The translations under genes were made by a program, and so were the position numbers. The notes under the pieces were generated by a model. That model saw only the letters and a list, made by a program, of their open reading frames with translations, searched no databases and had not been told where the DNA came from. 46,852 bases of DNA from Rectinemataceae bacterium. GTDB lineage: Bacteria > Spirochaetota > Spirochaetia > Treponematales > Rectinemataceae. Positions 1 through 9,228 of this stretch are shown in pieces. The DNA lies in the NCBI GenBank assembly GCA_049317365.1, contig JBMOIK010000001.1, forward strand, positions 1 through 46,852. Direction: 5' to 3'. Position 1 is the stretch's first letter. Every line of letters starts with the position of its first letter.

Positions 1-235
1 AGGCCCAGTGAGAGAACTCGATATGAATGCCCTTCTCGCAGCCCTCCAGCTCGGGGAAACCCAGGATTGGGAGTTCCTACGCAAGGGACGCATCCATTGG
101 GCTGACAAGTAGCGCACCTGCGAAGAAGAGATAAAAGAATGCAACTGAATCAAATCGATAGAGCCAGTTAACATTCGAGAACAACGAATCCAAAAAGATC
201 CCTACTGGCGATCGTGTCATTTCCCAAAGAAATTG

Positions 236-322
236 GAAGCACGAATGTCAGAGTGGCCGAGATTGCCGACACGGCGTTGCTCCATGCCACTGCCTCTGCG
301 AGGCAGTGGGTTCGAACTTCCG
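236..322 (+). pseudogene. tRNA-like remnant (class II style, long variable arm); does not fold into an intact cloverleaf
   Basis: The 5' GGAAG and 3' CTTCCG ends can pair. A perfect 7-bp hairpin CTGCCTC-tgc-GAGGCAG sits in the variable-arm position and is followed by a GGGTTCGAA T-loop-like box. The 3' half of the T stem and part of the acceptor appear to be missing (about 8 nt), and I could not draw a clean anticodon arm. Confidence 0.25.
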
Positions 323-323
323 C

Positions 324-734
324 TCAATCCTGGAAGAGCAGCGGGCGCAGATCCCGGTCGACGAAGTAGTACCAGGTCTTCCCTACGGCCTCCGGCGGAT
401 GATCGGTGTCGTCTTTGGCAAGCGATATCTCTCCCTCGCACTTCGGACTTCGTTCGAGGAAGTGGACATGGTGCCGTTTTTCGCCGTCGAGGACGAACCA
501 TTCCTCCCACGGAAGGTGCATGGCGGCGGAGATTGGAGGAAGGGCATGGATGACGATTGCATCCTTTAGGCCTGGGTAGCTATGGGGTCTCACGAGCCAG
601 GTGTATTCCGCATACAGGTTTGCCTTGGCCTTCTCTGGAGTTGCGAGGAGTGAATCTGGATCGTGGCCAAAGTTCCTGAAACACTCGATGACACCCGTAC
701 CCCGAAGCCTATCCACAAGCGATGATCCTTCCAT
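324..734 (-). CDS. hypothetical protein, 136 aa, no family recognised
   Basis: The ATG is preceded by a strong Shine-Dalgarno (AGGAGGAGGG, about 7 nt spacing). Composition is balanced and protein-like, unlike the overlapping Arg/Pro/Ser-rich frames. Confidence 0.55.
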   Translation of the reverse strand: MEGSSLVDRLRGTGVIECFRNFGHDPDSLLATPEKAKANLYAEYTWLVRPHSYPGLKDAIVIHALPPISAAMHLPWEEWFVLDGEKRHHVHFLERSPKCEGEISLAKDDTDHPPEAVGKTWYYFVDRDLRPLLFQD

Positions 735-1466
735 GGTAAACCCTCCTCCTGGTTGTCAGGAGCCCCCATTTTCGCCGCGGAGACGGAATGGGGCAAGCCC
801 TCGAACATCCTTCGCGCTTTGCGCCTCCGCGCGCTGCCAATCCCATGCTTTTCCCAGGTTTGTAGAGGCGCCAACGATGGAAGGATAGAACCGGAAAGGG
901 CGGCGGACCTAGGCTGCTCCACCTGCCAGGCTGATTTCATAGGCGATCCTTCTTCCCCTTCGCATCCCGCATCGGCGATTTGCATCCTGATTTCCTGTCG
1001 AATTGTAGCTAGGTTCTCATAAATCGCTTCAATGTATGAAGATAGTGCTTGACATGGGCACCGCTACGCGGATGCTTCCGGGGCTGCTCGCGAGGCGCTC
1101 ATGCTAGCCGGCAACCAGTGCAAAATATGCACATACTGCCACGTCGGCAACTACCGAGGAATCCTGGGTAGTTCGGGAGTGTTGGAAAGAGGACAACTCC
1201 ACGCTCAAGGCGGCGCTTCTGGCCCGGGCGAGGGAGGATCGAAATGCTCTGCTGAATTCGCACTCTTCATACGCGCAATGCATGGAGAGCCCATCGGAGC
1301 CCTATCTCGAATCGCCTGCCATGTCGCCTGCCCTGTCTCCTGGCCTGTGGAAGCGGTATGAGCTTGCCCCTGGAGTCGAACTGCACGTATCCCGGCCTGC
1401 GGAGAAGCGAGAGCGTGGGCTGATACAGAGTCTTTTGGAATTTGTCTCGAAGGAGGGACGAAGATC

Positions 1467-2601
1467 ATGAACGAAAATGAATCTATGTCAGGGAACTCTG
1501 AAGGCGTGCCGGCATTCCGGGCGGCTGCCGAGCGGCGATTGATCAGGCCTTCGGGCAGCCATCGTCATTTTCGACGACCAGGTGGAAGTGCTGCTCAAGG
1601 CAGCGCAGGTCTCCGAGCAGTATAAGGCCGAAGCCCGTTCAAAACTCACGTGCATCGAGGCCCGGTCGAATACAGCCCTGCACGAAGGCTGGCTCACTGG
1701 ATGCCGGAGCATCGCCTCGAACGAAGCCGGATCCCAGGGCGGATTCCTTTCCAGGTGCTTCCTCCTGACCGATGGCCAGGCGAAGGCGGGCCTCACGGAT
1801 CCCGAACAGATCGCCAGCCAGGCCGCCGACATCCACAGGAATGCAGGAATCTGTACCAGTACCTTCGGTATCGGGACTGATTACAACGAGGGGCTCCTTG
1901 GTCCGTTGGCCGTTGCCGGGTCGGGACAGTTCCATCACCTCAGGAATCCCCGGGAAATCGAGACCTCCTTTGGCGGGGAACTCTCGGAGCTTTTCAACGT
2001 CGTTTCGAGGAATATCAGGATCGAACTGGAAATCGGTTCCATCAAGGCTGCCAGGATCATAAGCCAGTATTGGGTGCATCCGGCAGAAGAGAAGCAGCGC
2101 CTGGTAGTCGATGTCGGAGACCTCATTGCCGACGAGGAGAGGAACCTCGTGGTGGATCTTCATTTTCCGAAGGTTGCCGAAGGAGAAAAAATCACGGTCA
2201 GGGCGCGGCTGCTGCGCCAGGGGAATGGCTCTGATTACGCCTCCGCCTGGGAGGAACTCGGTTTCGAAGGCGCTTCCTCGACGGCCTGCGACGAAGAAAT
2301 CCGCGACATGCATGTCATGCACTGGGTAGGCCTCCACCATTCCGAGAGGGCAAAAAAAGAGGCCCTCGACCTGATGCGCGAAGGCGACCTCGCCGGCTCG
2401 ATCCGTCGCCTCGAAGGCGTGATCAGGAGGCTTTCCGAGTATGCGGCTGGTGACAGGGATCTGCTACAGTCCATCGCCGACCTCAAAGCCTTGCGCAAGG
2501 ATCTGAAACATAACGCGGTAGATGCCGAATGTGTCCGCGAACTCAGCTCCACCTCAATACGGATGTCCCGCGGCCAGCGCGACTATCGGGCATCGAAGTA
2601 G
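1467..2601 (+). pseudogene. von Willebrand factor A (vWA) domain protein, apparently disrupted by an out-of-frame internal deletion
   Basis: The ATG at 1467 (ATGA overlap with the upstream frame) encodes MNENES...AERRLIRPSGSHRH and stops at 1623-1625. The vWA body (AAIVIFDDQVEVL...FLLTDGQA...STFGIGTDYN) is in another frame, open only from 1543 (ORF track 1582-2601). The MIDAS DxSxS segment expected between the leader and the IVIFDD strand is absent. Confidence 0.5.
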
Positions 2602-2844
2602 TCATAATTGCGATGATAAAGGCCAGCGAGCCATCCGCTCAGGATCGATGCGGTTCCAATCCCGGAAAGGGGAGGGATGACTGGCATCACCATCGGTCCC
2701 GGCAAGGTGAAGGAACGTGCCTTTTCGGGATTCTGGAAGCGCGACCTCGATACGGACCTCGCCGCCGCAGGGCTCCTTGTGGAGTTAGGCGAAGACCCGG
2801 AGTCGGCAATCCGGAGGGTGAGGGCGGGCGTACAGGGCGGAAAC

Positions 2845-4059
2845 TCAGGCTAGCTTCTCGTACTCCCCGAGCAGGAAGCTCCTGAGGGATAGATGCCTGA
2901 CCCCGCGCTCATCCGCCTGGATGGGGTCCATGCTCACCACGAACTTGGGCCAGGCGTCGTCGAGTTCGAGGAGGGCGCCGAACTCGCGCTCTCGCGTCGT
3001 TTCATCGGCGAGGAGATAGCAGGCCTGGACGTGGATGCGCTGCCCTGCGCGGTCGCAGACGAAGTCGATTTCACGGGACCCGGATCTGCCGGAATGGATT
3101 TCCCAGCCGTCGAGTTCGAGGCGGAGGAAGACCGCGTTCTCGACGACCTTCGCGATGTCGCGCCCGGCAAAGCCTCGCAGCTTCGAGCGGAGGCCGAGGT
3201 CCTCGAAGTAGTACTTGTTCCCACTTTCGAGGATGCGTTTGCCCTGGAGGTCTTCCGGCTGGATGCGACGGACGGCGAAGGACTGCTCAAGGTAGGCGAG
3301 GTAATCGAGGACGGACTGGGGCGAGACCTCTATTTTCCCGGATTTAAGGTAATTGGCGATGTTGCGGGCGGAGCTCGGACTGCCGATGGAATCCGCGACG
3401 AACTCGGCGATTCGCGAAAGGATGGCCGGATTCCGAACGCCGTGGCGGAGGACAATGTCCTTGAGCACGACGCTGTCGAAGACGCCGCCGAGGTACTCGA
3501 AAACCGTCTCGTCCTGGAGCGACAGGTTTCGCAGGAAGGGAAGGCCGCCATAGCGCAGGTAGAGATTGAGCGCCTCGTCCGAATCGCTGTGCCCGTGGAA
3601 GACGAGGAACTCGTCGTAGGACAGCGGATGGATGCGGAGCGTGGCAACGCGGCCTGTGAAGAAGGTCGCAATCTCCCCCGAGAGGAGCTGGGCGTTCGTG
3701 CCGGTGACATAGATGTCGTGGCGTCCCTCTGCGGCCAGGCTGCGGAGCGCGCGGTCAAAGCCTGGGATCTCCTGGGCCTCGTCGATGAAGAGGGCGACCT
3801 TGCCCGAGCCTGGCAGCGCCTTGGCCTCGGCTTCGAGGCTTGCGCCATCCTTGATGCCGTCCCAGCGCGAGAGCTCCTTGTCGATATAGAGGACGGGTCG
3901 CTCCGGCCTTTCGGTACGGCTTTGCTGGGCGAGGAGCCTGAGGATGCTGCTTTTCCCGGCGCGGCGCTGGCCAGTGATCAGTTTGATAAGGGCAGTATCG
4001 GCAAAGGGCCGGATTCGCTCGAGGTAGCGCGTCCGTGGGATTATTGCTTCTTCTTCCAT
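2845..4059 (-). CDS. AAA-family ATPase of the DUF4143 / AAA_14 type
   Basis: Walker A GQRRAGKSS and Walker B-like ALFIDEAQ, with a family-typical N terminus IIPRTRYLERIRPF. The ORF is open to 4290, but the extra N-terminal 77 codons overlap a conserved non-coding motif at 4160-4193, so I prefer the ATG at 4059 (alternative 4134). Confidence 0.8.
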   Translation of the reverse strand: MEEEAIIPRTRYLERIRPFADTALIKLITGQRRAGKSSILRLLAQQSRTERPERPVLYIDKELSRWDGIKDGASLEAEAKALPGSGKVALFIDEAQEIPGFDRALRSLAAEGRHDIYVTGTNAQLLSGEIATFFTGRVATLRIHPLSYDEFLVFHGHSDSDEALNLYLRYGGLPFLRNLSLQDETVFEYLGGVFDSVVLKDIVLRHGVRNPAILSRIAEFVADSIGSPSSARNIANYLKSGKIEVSPQSVLDYLAYLEQSFAVRRIQPEDLQGKRILESGNKYYFEDLGLRSKLRGFAGRDIAKVVENAVFLRLELDGWEIHSGRSGSREIDFVCDRAGQRIHVQACYLLADETTREREFGALLELDDAWPKFVVSMDPIQADERGVRHLSLRSFLLGEYEKLA

Positions 4060-4159
4060 GTATCCAATGTAATGGACAAAAGTACATTCGTCAACATCTT
4101 TGTCTATCATGATGGACAAGGCCCTGCGCTCCATGGTCCAGGCTGGACCACTTCCCCAC

Positions 4160-4193
4160 TCATACCCGTGAATCATACTTTTGGCGAATGGCG
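4160..4193 (+). promoter_or_regulatory. copy 1 of a conserved ~35-nt upstream motif (TCATACCC..GAATCA.AC....GG...ATGGCG)
   Basis: About 28 of 38 positions match copy 2 by eye. It lies about 110 nt upstream of the amidohydrolase start at 4303, in the divergent intergenic region shared with the AAA ATPase. Confidence 0.4.
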
Positions 4194-4302
4194 TGGTCAG
4201 CGTGATGGGGCAATGATAGGCTCTGCCAGAAGATCCCCTTTGGTCTGTGTGCCAATAGATCGGCCGTGGGGAATAAGTACTTTCCTGCAATGGAGAACCA
4301 GG

Positions 4303-5535
4303 GTGAACCAGATACTCGTCCAGGGCTCGCGCCTTTTCGATCCAGCCTCAGGCTTGAATGAAGTCGGGGATATCTTGATCGAAGAAGGGCGGATCGCCGC
4401 GCTCGGCAAGGTCAATGCTGGTCCCGAAGCGACGGTCATCCGGGCACAGGGGCTCCTGGCCCTTCCTGGTTTCATCGATATCCATGCCCACGCCTTGTCT
4501 GGACTGATTCCGCTCTGCGCCGATCCTGACGCGGCGGGTGTTCATTCCGGCGTGACCTTAGTCTGCGACGCCGGAAGCGCGGGTTGGGCGAACCTCGACG
4601 AAGCTGCCGAACTCCTCTCTCGTCGCAAAGCGGCTGGCAAGCTTTCAGCCTTCGTGCACCTGGCTCCCGAGGGCGAAAAATATCTCCCCGAGCAGGGCTA
4701 TGAGCGATGGGATGGCAAGGCTGCGCGCTCTGCCCTTGGGCGGCATTCCGATCTCGTGGTGGGCATCAAGGTTCGCGCCGTCGAAGCTGCCCTCCTCTGC
4801 AAGGGTATCGATGTACTTGCGACTGCGGCGGAGCTCGCCCATGATCTCGGACTCCCCCTCATGGTCCATGTCGGGGACAAGGGATGCGCCGCCCTGAGCG
4901 TGGACGATATGTACGCCCAGACCACCAGGATCCTTGGCCTTTTGCACAGGGGCGACATACTCACCCATGCGTATACGCCTTTTGCGGGAGGGCTTTTTCG
5001 CGATGGGAATCCCATACCAGGGCTCGAAGCTGCGATAGCGCGCGGGGTCCTCCTCGACGCGGCACCGGGGCGCGGGCAATTCAGTTTTCCGCTTGCGCGG
5101 CGAGCCATCATGCGTGGATTCAAGCCCCAGCTTGCAGGTACCGACACCGTGGCGCTGCCCGACCCGCAGCCACATTTCTATTGTGTCGCCACCGTGATCT
5201 CCAAATTCCTGGCCCTGGGATTGTCTCTTGCGGAGGTCGTCGCCCTGGCTACGGGGAACGCAGCCCGCGCCTTGGGGAAGGCCGAAAGCGCCGGCGCCTT
5301 GGCCGTGGGACGGGATGCTGACATCACGCTCGTCCGCCTGGAACGCGGGCTTTTTGTCTTTACGGATGGGGGGCCGGGCAATCTACGGATGGGCACGGAG
5401 CTGCTCCGGCCTGTGGCGACTATCGCGGGGGGCAGGCGCTACGACATTTCCGAAGCGATCGCGGGCCATCGCGTCGATCCCGTGGCGGCCTTCAGGCAGA
5501 TGCGCGAGAAAAAAAAAGCTGCCACGAAGCGTTGA
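4303..5535 (+). CDS. amidohydrolase / deacetylase-family metallohydrolase (copy A)
   Basis: The GTG start (VNQILVQGSRLFDP) aligns with the start of paralog 36280 and has GGAG upstream. It carries the HxH metal motif PGFIDIHAH. The 5' part of track ORF 2893-5535 is antisense to the ATPase and is discarded. Confidence 0.85.
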   Translation: MNQILVQGSRLFDPASGLNEVGDILIEEGRIAALGKVNAGPEATVIRAQGLLALPGFIDIHAHALSGLIPLCADPDAAGVHSGVTLVCDAGSAGWANLDEAAELLSRRKAAGKLSAFVHLAPEGEKYLPEQGYERWDGKAARSALGRHSDLVVGIKVRAVEAALLCKGIDVLATAAELAHDLGLPLMVHVGDKGCAALSVDDMYAQTTRILGLLHRGDILTHAYTPFAGGLFRDGNPIPGLEAAIARGVLLDAAPGRGQFSFPLARRAIMRGFKPQLAGTDTVALPDPQPHFYCVATVISKFLALGLSLAEVVALATGNAARALGKAESAGALAVGRDADITLVRLERGLFVFTDGGPGNLRMGTELLRPVATIAGGRRYDISEAIAGHRVDPVAAFRQMREKKKAATKR

Positions 5536-5553
5536 GGGTTCAAGGAGGACAGC

Positions 5554-6759
5554 ATGGGAGATTTCGACGAGATCGATAGCGAGCGACTGTATCGGGATGT
5601 CCTCGAGCTTCAGGGCGTCAAGCACCCGGTGGTTTCTCCCGACGCCCTCAATGCCTGTGCCGACCGCATCGCCAGGGATATGGCAAAGGCTGGCTTGCGC
5701 GTGCGGGAGCAGCGCTTCCGCGTAGATGGCTTCGATCTCGAGTTCAGGAACATCGAAGGCAGCCTCGGCCCGGTCGATACCGAGGCCTCCGCTGTCCTTG
5801 TCGCCCACTACGACACTGTCGCAACGACGATGGGAGCCAATGACGACGCGAGCGGCATTGCTGCAATGCTTGAGATCGCAAGGGTCCTCGCCGCCCTCCC
5901 TTCCCCCCCTCCTGTGTATTTCGTCGCGGTGAGCCTTGAGGAGGGGAATCCTTCAATCTGGGCAGCGGAGCGGAAGCATGCCAGGGCTCTTGGCCTGGTC
6001 GACGATAATAATAATTACTTGAATTGGTCGGATGGCAAAGCCGCTGACAAGGCCAAGGCCGCTGCGCAGGCTGCCTTCAGCGGCGGTCTGGCGTACGGGG
6101 AGGCCTGGAGGAAGATTCTCGCAGAAGAAGCCAAGGACCTTACACCTGCACTCCGCGCACTGTTTGAGGCAATGCTGCCATTCTACGAGGGAGTCACCAC
6201 CGCCACGGCACCCGGCTATCTCAGCCGGATAGGCAGCCATCAGTGGATCCGAAGCGCTTTGGCCGAAGGGCGGCGCATCGCATTCAACATCACGCTGGAC
6301 GAGATCGGGACCTGTCGTCATGAGGAAGGCAGCCAGGGAAAGCTTGGCGGAATCGACCTCTATCCGCTTTTTACGGATAGCCATCGTGTCGATCGGGAAC
6401 GGCGCATCGCTGACTTCCTCCTGGTTCTTGCCGACGCGAATTCGGGCGCGGTCGGGAAGGCCCTGATGGCCAAGGCACGGTCTCCGGGAATCGACCTTCC
6501 GGCGGCCTTCGTGCATACCCCCATGAACTTCCAGGAACTCGCCAAGGCCGTCCCGATGGCGCTCAACTCGGACCACGCCAATTTCTGGAAGGAGGGCATC
6601 CCCTCGATCTTCCTCTTCGACAGTTCGACGGGGCGCAATCATTTCTGCCACAGCATGGCAGACGATGCAAGGGCTGTGGATTTCGACCACGTACGGGGAA
6701 TAGCGAGGGCCGTGGCTTCGCTTGTCGCCGACCGCGGTAATTGGCCGGATCGCAGCTGA
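5554..6759 (+). CDS. M28-family metallopeptidase-like protein (copy A), no signal peptide
   Basis: Motifs VAHYDTV, GANDDASG, SLEEGN and NSDHANFW. SD AAGGAGG upstream. Confidence 0.85.
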   Translation: MGDFDEIDSERLYRDVLELQGVKHPVVSPDALNACADRIARDMAKAGLRVREQRFRVDGFDLEFRNIEGSLGPVDTEASAVLVAHYDTVATTMGANDDASGIAAMLEIARVLAALPSPPPVYFVAVSLEEGNPSIWAAERKHARALGLVDDNNNYLNWSDGKAADKAKAAAQAAFSGGLAYGEAWRKILAEEAKDLTPALRALFEAMLPFYEGVTTATAPGYLSRIGSHQWIRSALAEGRRIAFNITLDEIGTCRHEEGSQGKLGGIDLYPLFTDSHRVDRERRIADFLLVLADANSGAVGKALMAKARSPGIDLPAAFVHTPMNFQELAKAVPMALNSDHANFWKEGIPSIFLFDSSTGRNHFCHSMADDARAVDFDHVRGIARAVASLVADRGNWPDRS

Positions 6760-6776
6760 AGCTGGAGGGAAGACAT

Positions 6777-7880
6777 ATGTATGACGATCGCTGCGACCAG
6801 CTCGCGAAGCTCGTGACTGAATGGTCGCTCGGAGTTCGCGAGGGCCAGAAGGTCATCGTGAAGGGACCCGATTGCGCAAAACCCCTCATGCTGGCCCTTG
6901 AAAAGCGGATCTACGAGGCAGGAGGCTTCCCCTGGTTCCAGATAGCCTTTGCTGAAAGCGAAGAGATAGCCTTCCGTTACGCGAGCGACAAAATGCTCTC
7001 CTGGCCCTGCGACCTCGACATGGAAGCCGTGGAGCGTTTCGATGCCTTCGTGCTGATCCAGGGCGAAGACAATCCGAAAGCACACTCCCGGGTGCCACCG
7101 GCGCGCAGGGCCATGGCTCTGGCAGCGGCCATGCCTGCCCGAAACGCGGTGATGAGGCGGGCGGCGACGGAGAAATTCGCGTGGACAGCGGCGGTGTGGC
7201 CCACTGCGGGTTATGCGAACGAAGCCGACATGTCCATCCTGGATTTCGAGGACGCCCTCTTCCGGTCTTGCCTTCCAGAAGGAAAGGACCCGGTGGCGCA
7301 CTGGCGCTCGGTCGAGGAAAGGCAGCACGCTGCGATTGGGGCCCTTGCCGGGGCCCGCGAGCTGCGCATCGAGTCCGAGGGTACCGATCTCAGGCTCTCT
7401 GTAGCGGGACGGCTCTGGGGCAATGGCTGCGGCAAGCACAACCTTCCCGACGGGGAAATATACACCGGTCCCATCGAGGACAGCGCCGAGGGCCATATCC
7501 GTTTCCCCGGTCGAGTGCTCTACAAGGGGGGCGAAGCCCGCGGCATCGAGCTTCGCTTCGAAAAAGGACTCGTGGTCGAAGCTTCGGCTGAATCGGGTGG
7601 CGCCTTCCTTGCCGCGATGCTCGACACCGACCCGGATGCACGAAGACTCGGCGAAATCGCCTTTGGCATGAATGAGGGAATAACAGAACTCTGCGGGCAG
7701 ATCCTCCTCGATGAGAAGGCGGGAGGCACGATGCACATTGCCCTCGGGAATGGCTACCCGCAAACCGGCAGCATCAACCGTTCGGCCCTCCATTGGGACC
7801 TCGTGCTCGACACAAGAAAGGGTGGACGTGTTTCGATTGACGGGCGCGTTGTCCTGGAAAATGGCAGATATGCCATCTAG
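6777..7880 (+). CDS. M29-family aminopeptidase (AmpS/aminopeptidase T-like, copy A)
   Basis: MYDDRCDQLAKL..., GGTMHIALGNGY and ALHWDLV. GGAGGG lies 7 nt upstream of the ATG at 6777. It is 367 aa, the same length as paralog 38907-40010. Confidence 0.9.
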   Translation: MYDDRCDQLAKLVTEWSLGVREGQKVIVKGPDCAKPLMLALEKRIYEAGGFPWFQIAFAESEEIAFRYASDKMLSWPCDLDMEAVERFDAFVLIQGEDNPKAHSRVPPARRAMALAAAMPARNAVMRRAATEKFAWTAAVWPTAGYANEADMSILDFEDALFRSCLPEGKDPVAHWRSVEERQHAAIGALAGARELRIESEGTDLRLSVAGRLWGNGCGKHNLPDGEIYTGPIEDSAEGHIRFPGRVLYKGGEARGIELRFEKGLVVEASAESGGAFLAAMLDTDPDARRLGEIAFGMNEGITELCGQILLDEKAGGTMHIALGNGYPQTGSINRSALHWDLVLDTRKGGRVSIDGRVVLENGRYAI

Positions 7881-7886
7881 GCCACC

Positions 7887-9224
7887 ATGCCCGAAACCAT
7901 GATGCCCGACACCATGATGCTCGATACCGGTGATGGCCAGCTAAGCCTCATCCTGCCCGCTGGCTTCGATGTGGAAGTGCTTCGCCCGAACGCCATGGCG
8001 GCAGCGCCCGATGCGGTCGTCGAGATACAGCGTGCACTCGCAGGGCCCATCGGATCTCGGAGGCTTTCCCTGATGGCACGCAGCGGCATGAAGGTTGCGC
8101 TGATCGTCTGCGATGACACCCGTTATGCACCACAGAAACTCATAATTCCTGCGATAGCGGCCGAATTGCAGAGCGCCGGGGTACAGCGCAGTGATATTAC
8201 GATCATCATCGCCTGCGGCACCCATGAGGCAATGGGCAAAGAAGCCATCGTCCACATGCTCGGGCCGGAAATACCACAGGCCTATCGCGTCGTAAACCAT
8301 GATGCCTATGACGAGGCGGATCTTGTCCATGTCGGAGTTTCGCGGGGACTCGGTGTACCCATTGTCCTTAACAGGATTGCTGTCGAGGCAGACCTCAGGA
8401 TCGGGATCGGAGCGGTTGATCCCCATATCTTCGCAGGCTATTCCGGTGGCGCGAAAATCCTGTCGGTTGGCGTAGCCGGCCGGGATACCATAGCCGGGAC
8501 CCACAACCCTCGGGTCATGGAAGATCCCGGCACCCGATACGGTGTGATAGAGGGGAACACCTTCCGCGCCTTCCTCGACGAGGTGGCGAGCCTTGTTCCC
8601 CTCGACTTCATCGTCAATGTCGTCCAGGACACGGAAAAGCGCCTCATCCGCGCCTTTGCCGGACATGCACGGGAGGCCTGGAAGCCGGCAGTCGCCCTGG
8701 CGCGCGAACTCAACGAGGTCATGGCTGAACACGAGGCCGATATCGTCGTGAGCGTCCCCAAATACCCGAAGTCGATCAATCTCTACCAGGCCATCAGGGC
8801 AGCCAATCCGGTCGTTTTCGGAAAGCCGCCCCTGATAAAACAGGGTGGAATTCTTATCATCCCCGCTCGATGTCCACGGGGCGTCGGCTCTGATGAATTC
8901 GAGGACGACATGGCCAGCGCAGCAGACGCCGCTTCAATCATAGAGAAAGGGCGGGCCGAAGGCTTCGGGCCGGAGGGCAACAAGTCCTTCACTGTCGCGA
9001 AGGTGCTATCGCGTTGCTCGGTCGTTTTCACGGACACCGACCTACCGCCAGAGACGCTTGCCCGCATGAAGCTCGGATGGGAGGCAGATGCTTCCAAGGC
9101 CCTCGCCACTGCAGCTTTCCGCACCGGCGCTTCCCATTCCGGCGGGCGGGGACGGATAGCGATATTGCCGGACGGTTTTTCGATCTTGCCGCGTCTTGAG
9201 CCGCGGGCTGGAACACAGGAGTGA
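7887..9224 (+). CDS. LarA-like (nickel-pincer-dependent lactate racemase family / DUF2088) protein
   Basis: [22 protein letters not shown] and [14 protein letters not shown]. The start region carries a 3 x 15-nt tandem repeat, so the exact start is uncertain (7887, 7902 or 7917). Confidence 0.8.
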   Translation: MPETMMPDTMMLDTGDGQLSLILPAGFDVEVLRPNAMAAAPDAVVEIQRALAGPIGSRRLSLMARSGMKVALIVCDDTRYAPQKLIIPAIAAELQSAGVQRSDITIIIACGTHEAMGKEAIVHMLGPEIPQAYRVVNHDAYDEADLVHVGVSRGLGVPIVLNRIAVEADLRIGIGAVDPHIFAGYSGGAKILSVGVAGRDTIAGTHNPRVMEDPGTRYGVIEGNTFRAFLDEVASLVPLDFIVNVVQDTEKRLIRAFAGHAREAWKPAVALARELNEVMAEHEADIVVSVPKYPKSINLYQAIRAANPVVFGKPPLIKQGGILIIPARCPRGVGSDEFEDDMASAADAASIIEKGRAEGFGPEGNKSFTVAKVLSRCSVVFTDTDLPPETLARMKLGWEADASKALATAAFRTGASHSGGRGRIAILPDGFSILPRLEPRAGTQE

Positions 9225-9228
9225 TGCG

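Noticed and set aside
2-112. Window-edge partial ORF ending ...LQLGETQDWEFLRKGRIHWADK
   Set aside because: Only 36 codons are visible. A faint resemblance to the E..EFK motif of AlbA_2/Schlafen-type domains is too weak, and the motif would be at the wrong end of the protein.
590-985. 131-aa minus-strand ORF upstream of and overlapping the 136-aa hypothetical gene
   Set aside because: It overlaps the better-supported gene by about 145 nt in another frame, is Arg/Ser/Ala-biased, and has no SD. The 735-1466 region seems to hold only start-less frame fragments.
2677-2853. 58-aa ORF (MTGITIGPGKVKERAF...) after a GGGAGGG box
   Set aside because: It is short, the SD abuts the ATG with almost no spacing, it overlaps the 3' end of the convergent ATPase gene, and no family is recognisable. 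There is not enough support to call it.
4188-4202. Sigma54 (-24/-12) promoter reading of the ATGGCG part of the shared motif
   Set aside because: In all three copies the GC element falls 7-8 nt after the GG, or is absent, rather than at the canonical 10-nt spacing. There is also no TTGC-like -12 box.
2893-4302. 5' two thirds of the 880-aa + strand ORF 2893-5535
   Set aside because: It is antisense to the AAA ATPase gene and has no motifs. The real gene starts at the GTG at 4303, as shown by alignment with the paralog starting at 36280.
6639-7793. 384-aa minus-strand ORF (and its counterpart 38733-40133, 466 aa)
   Set aside because: Both are antisense shadows of the two M29 aminopeptidase paralogs. 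They look conserved only because the sense genes are duplicated.
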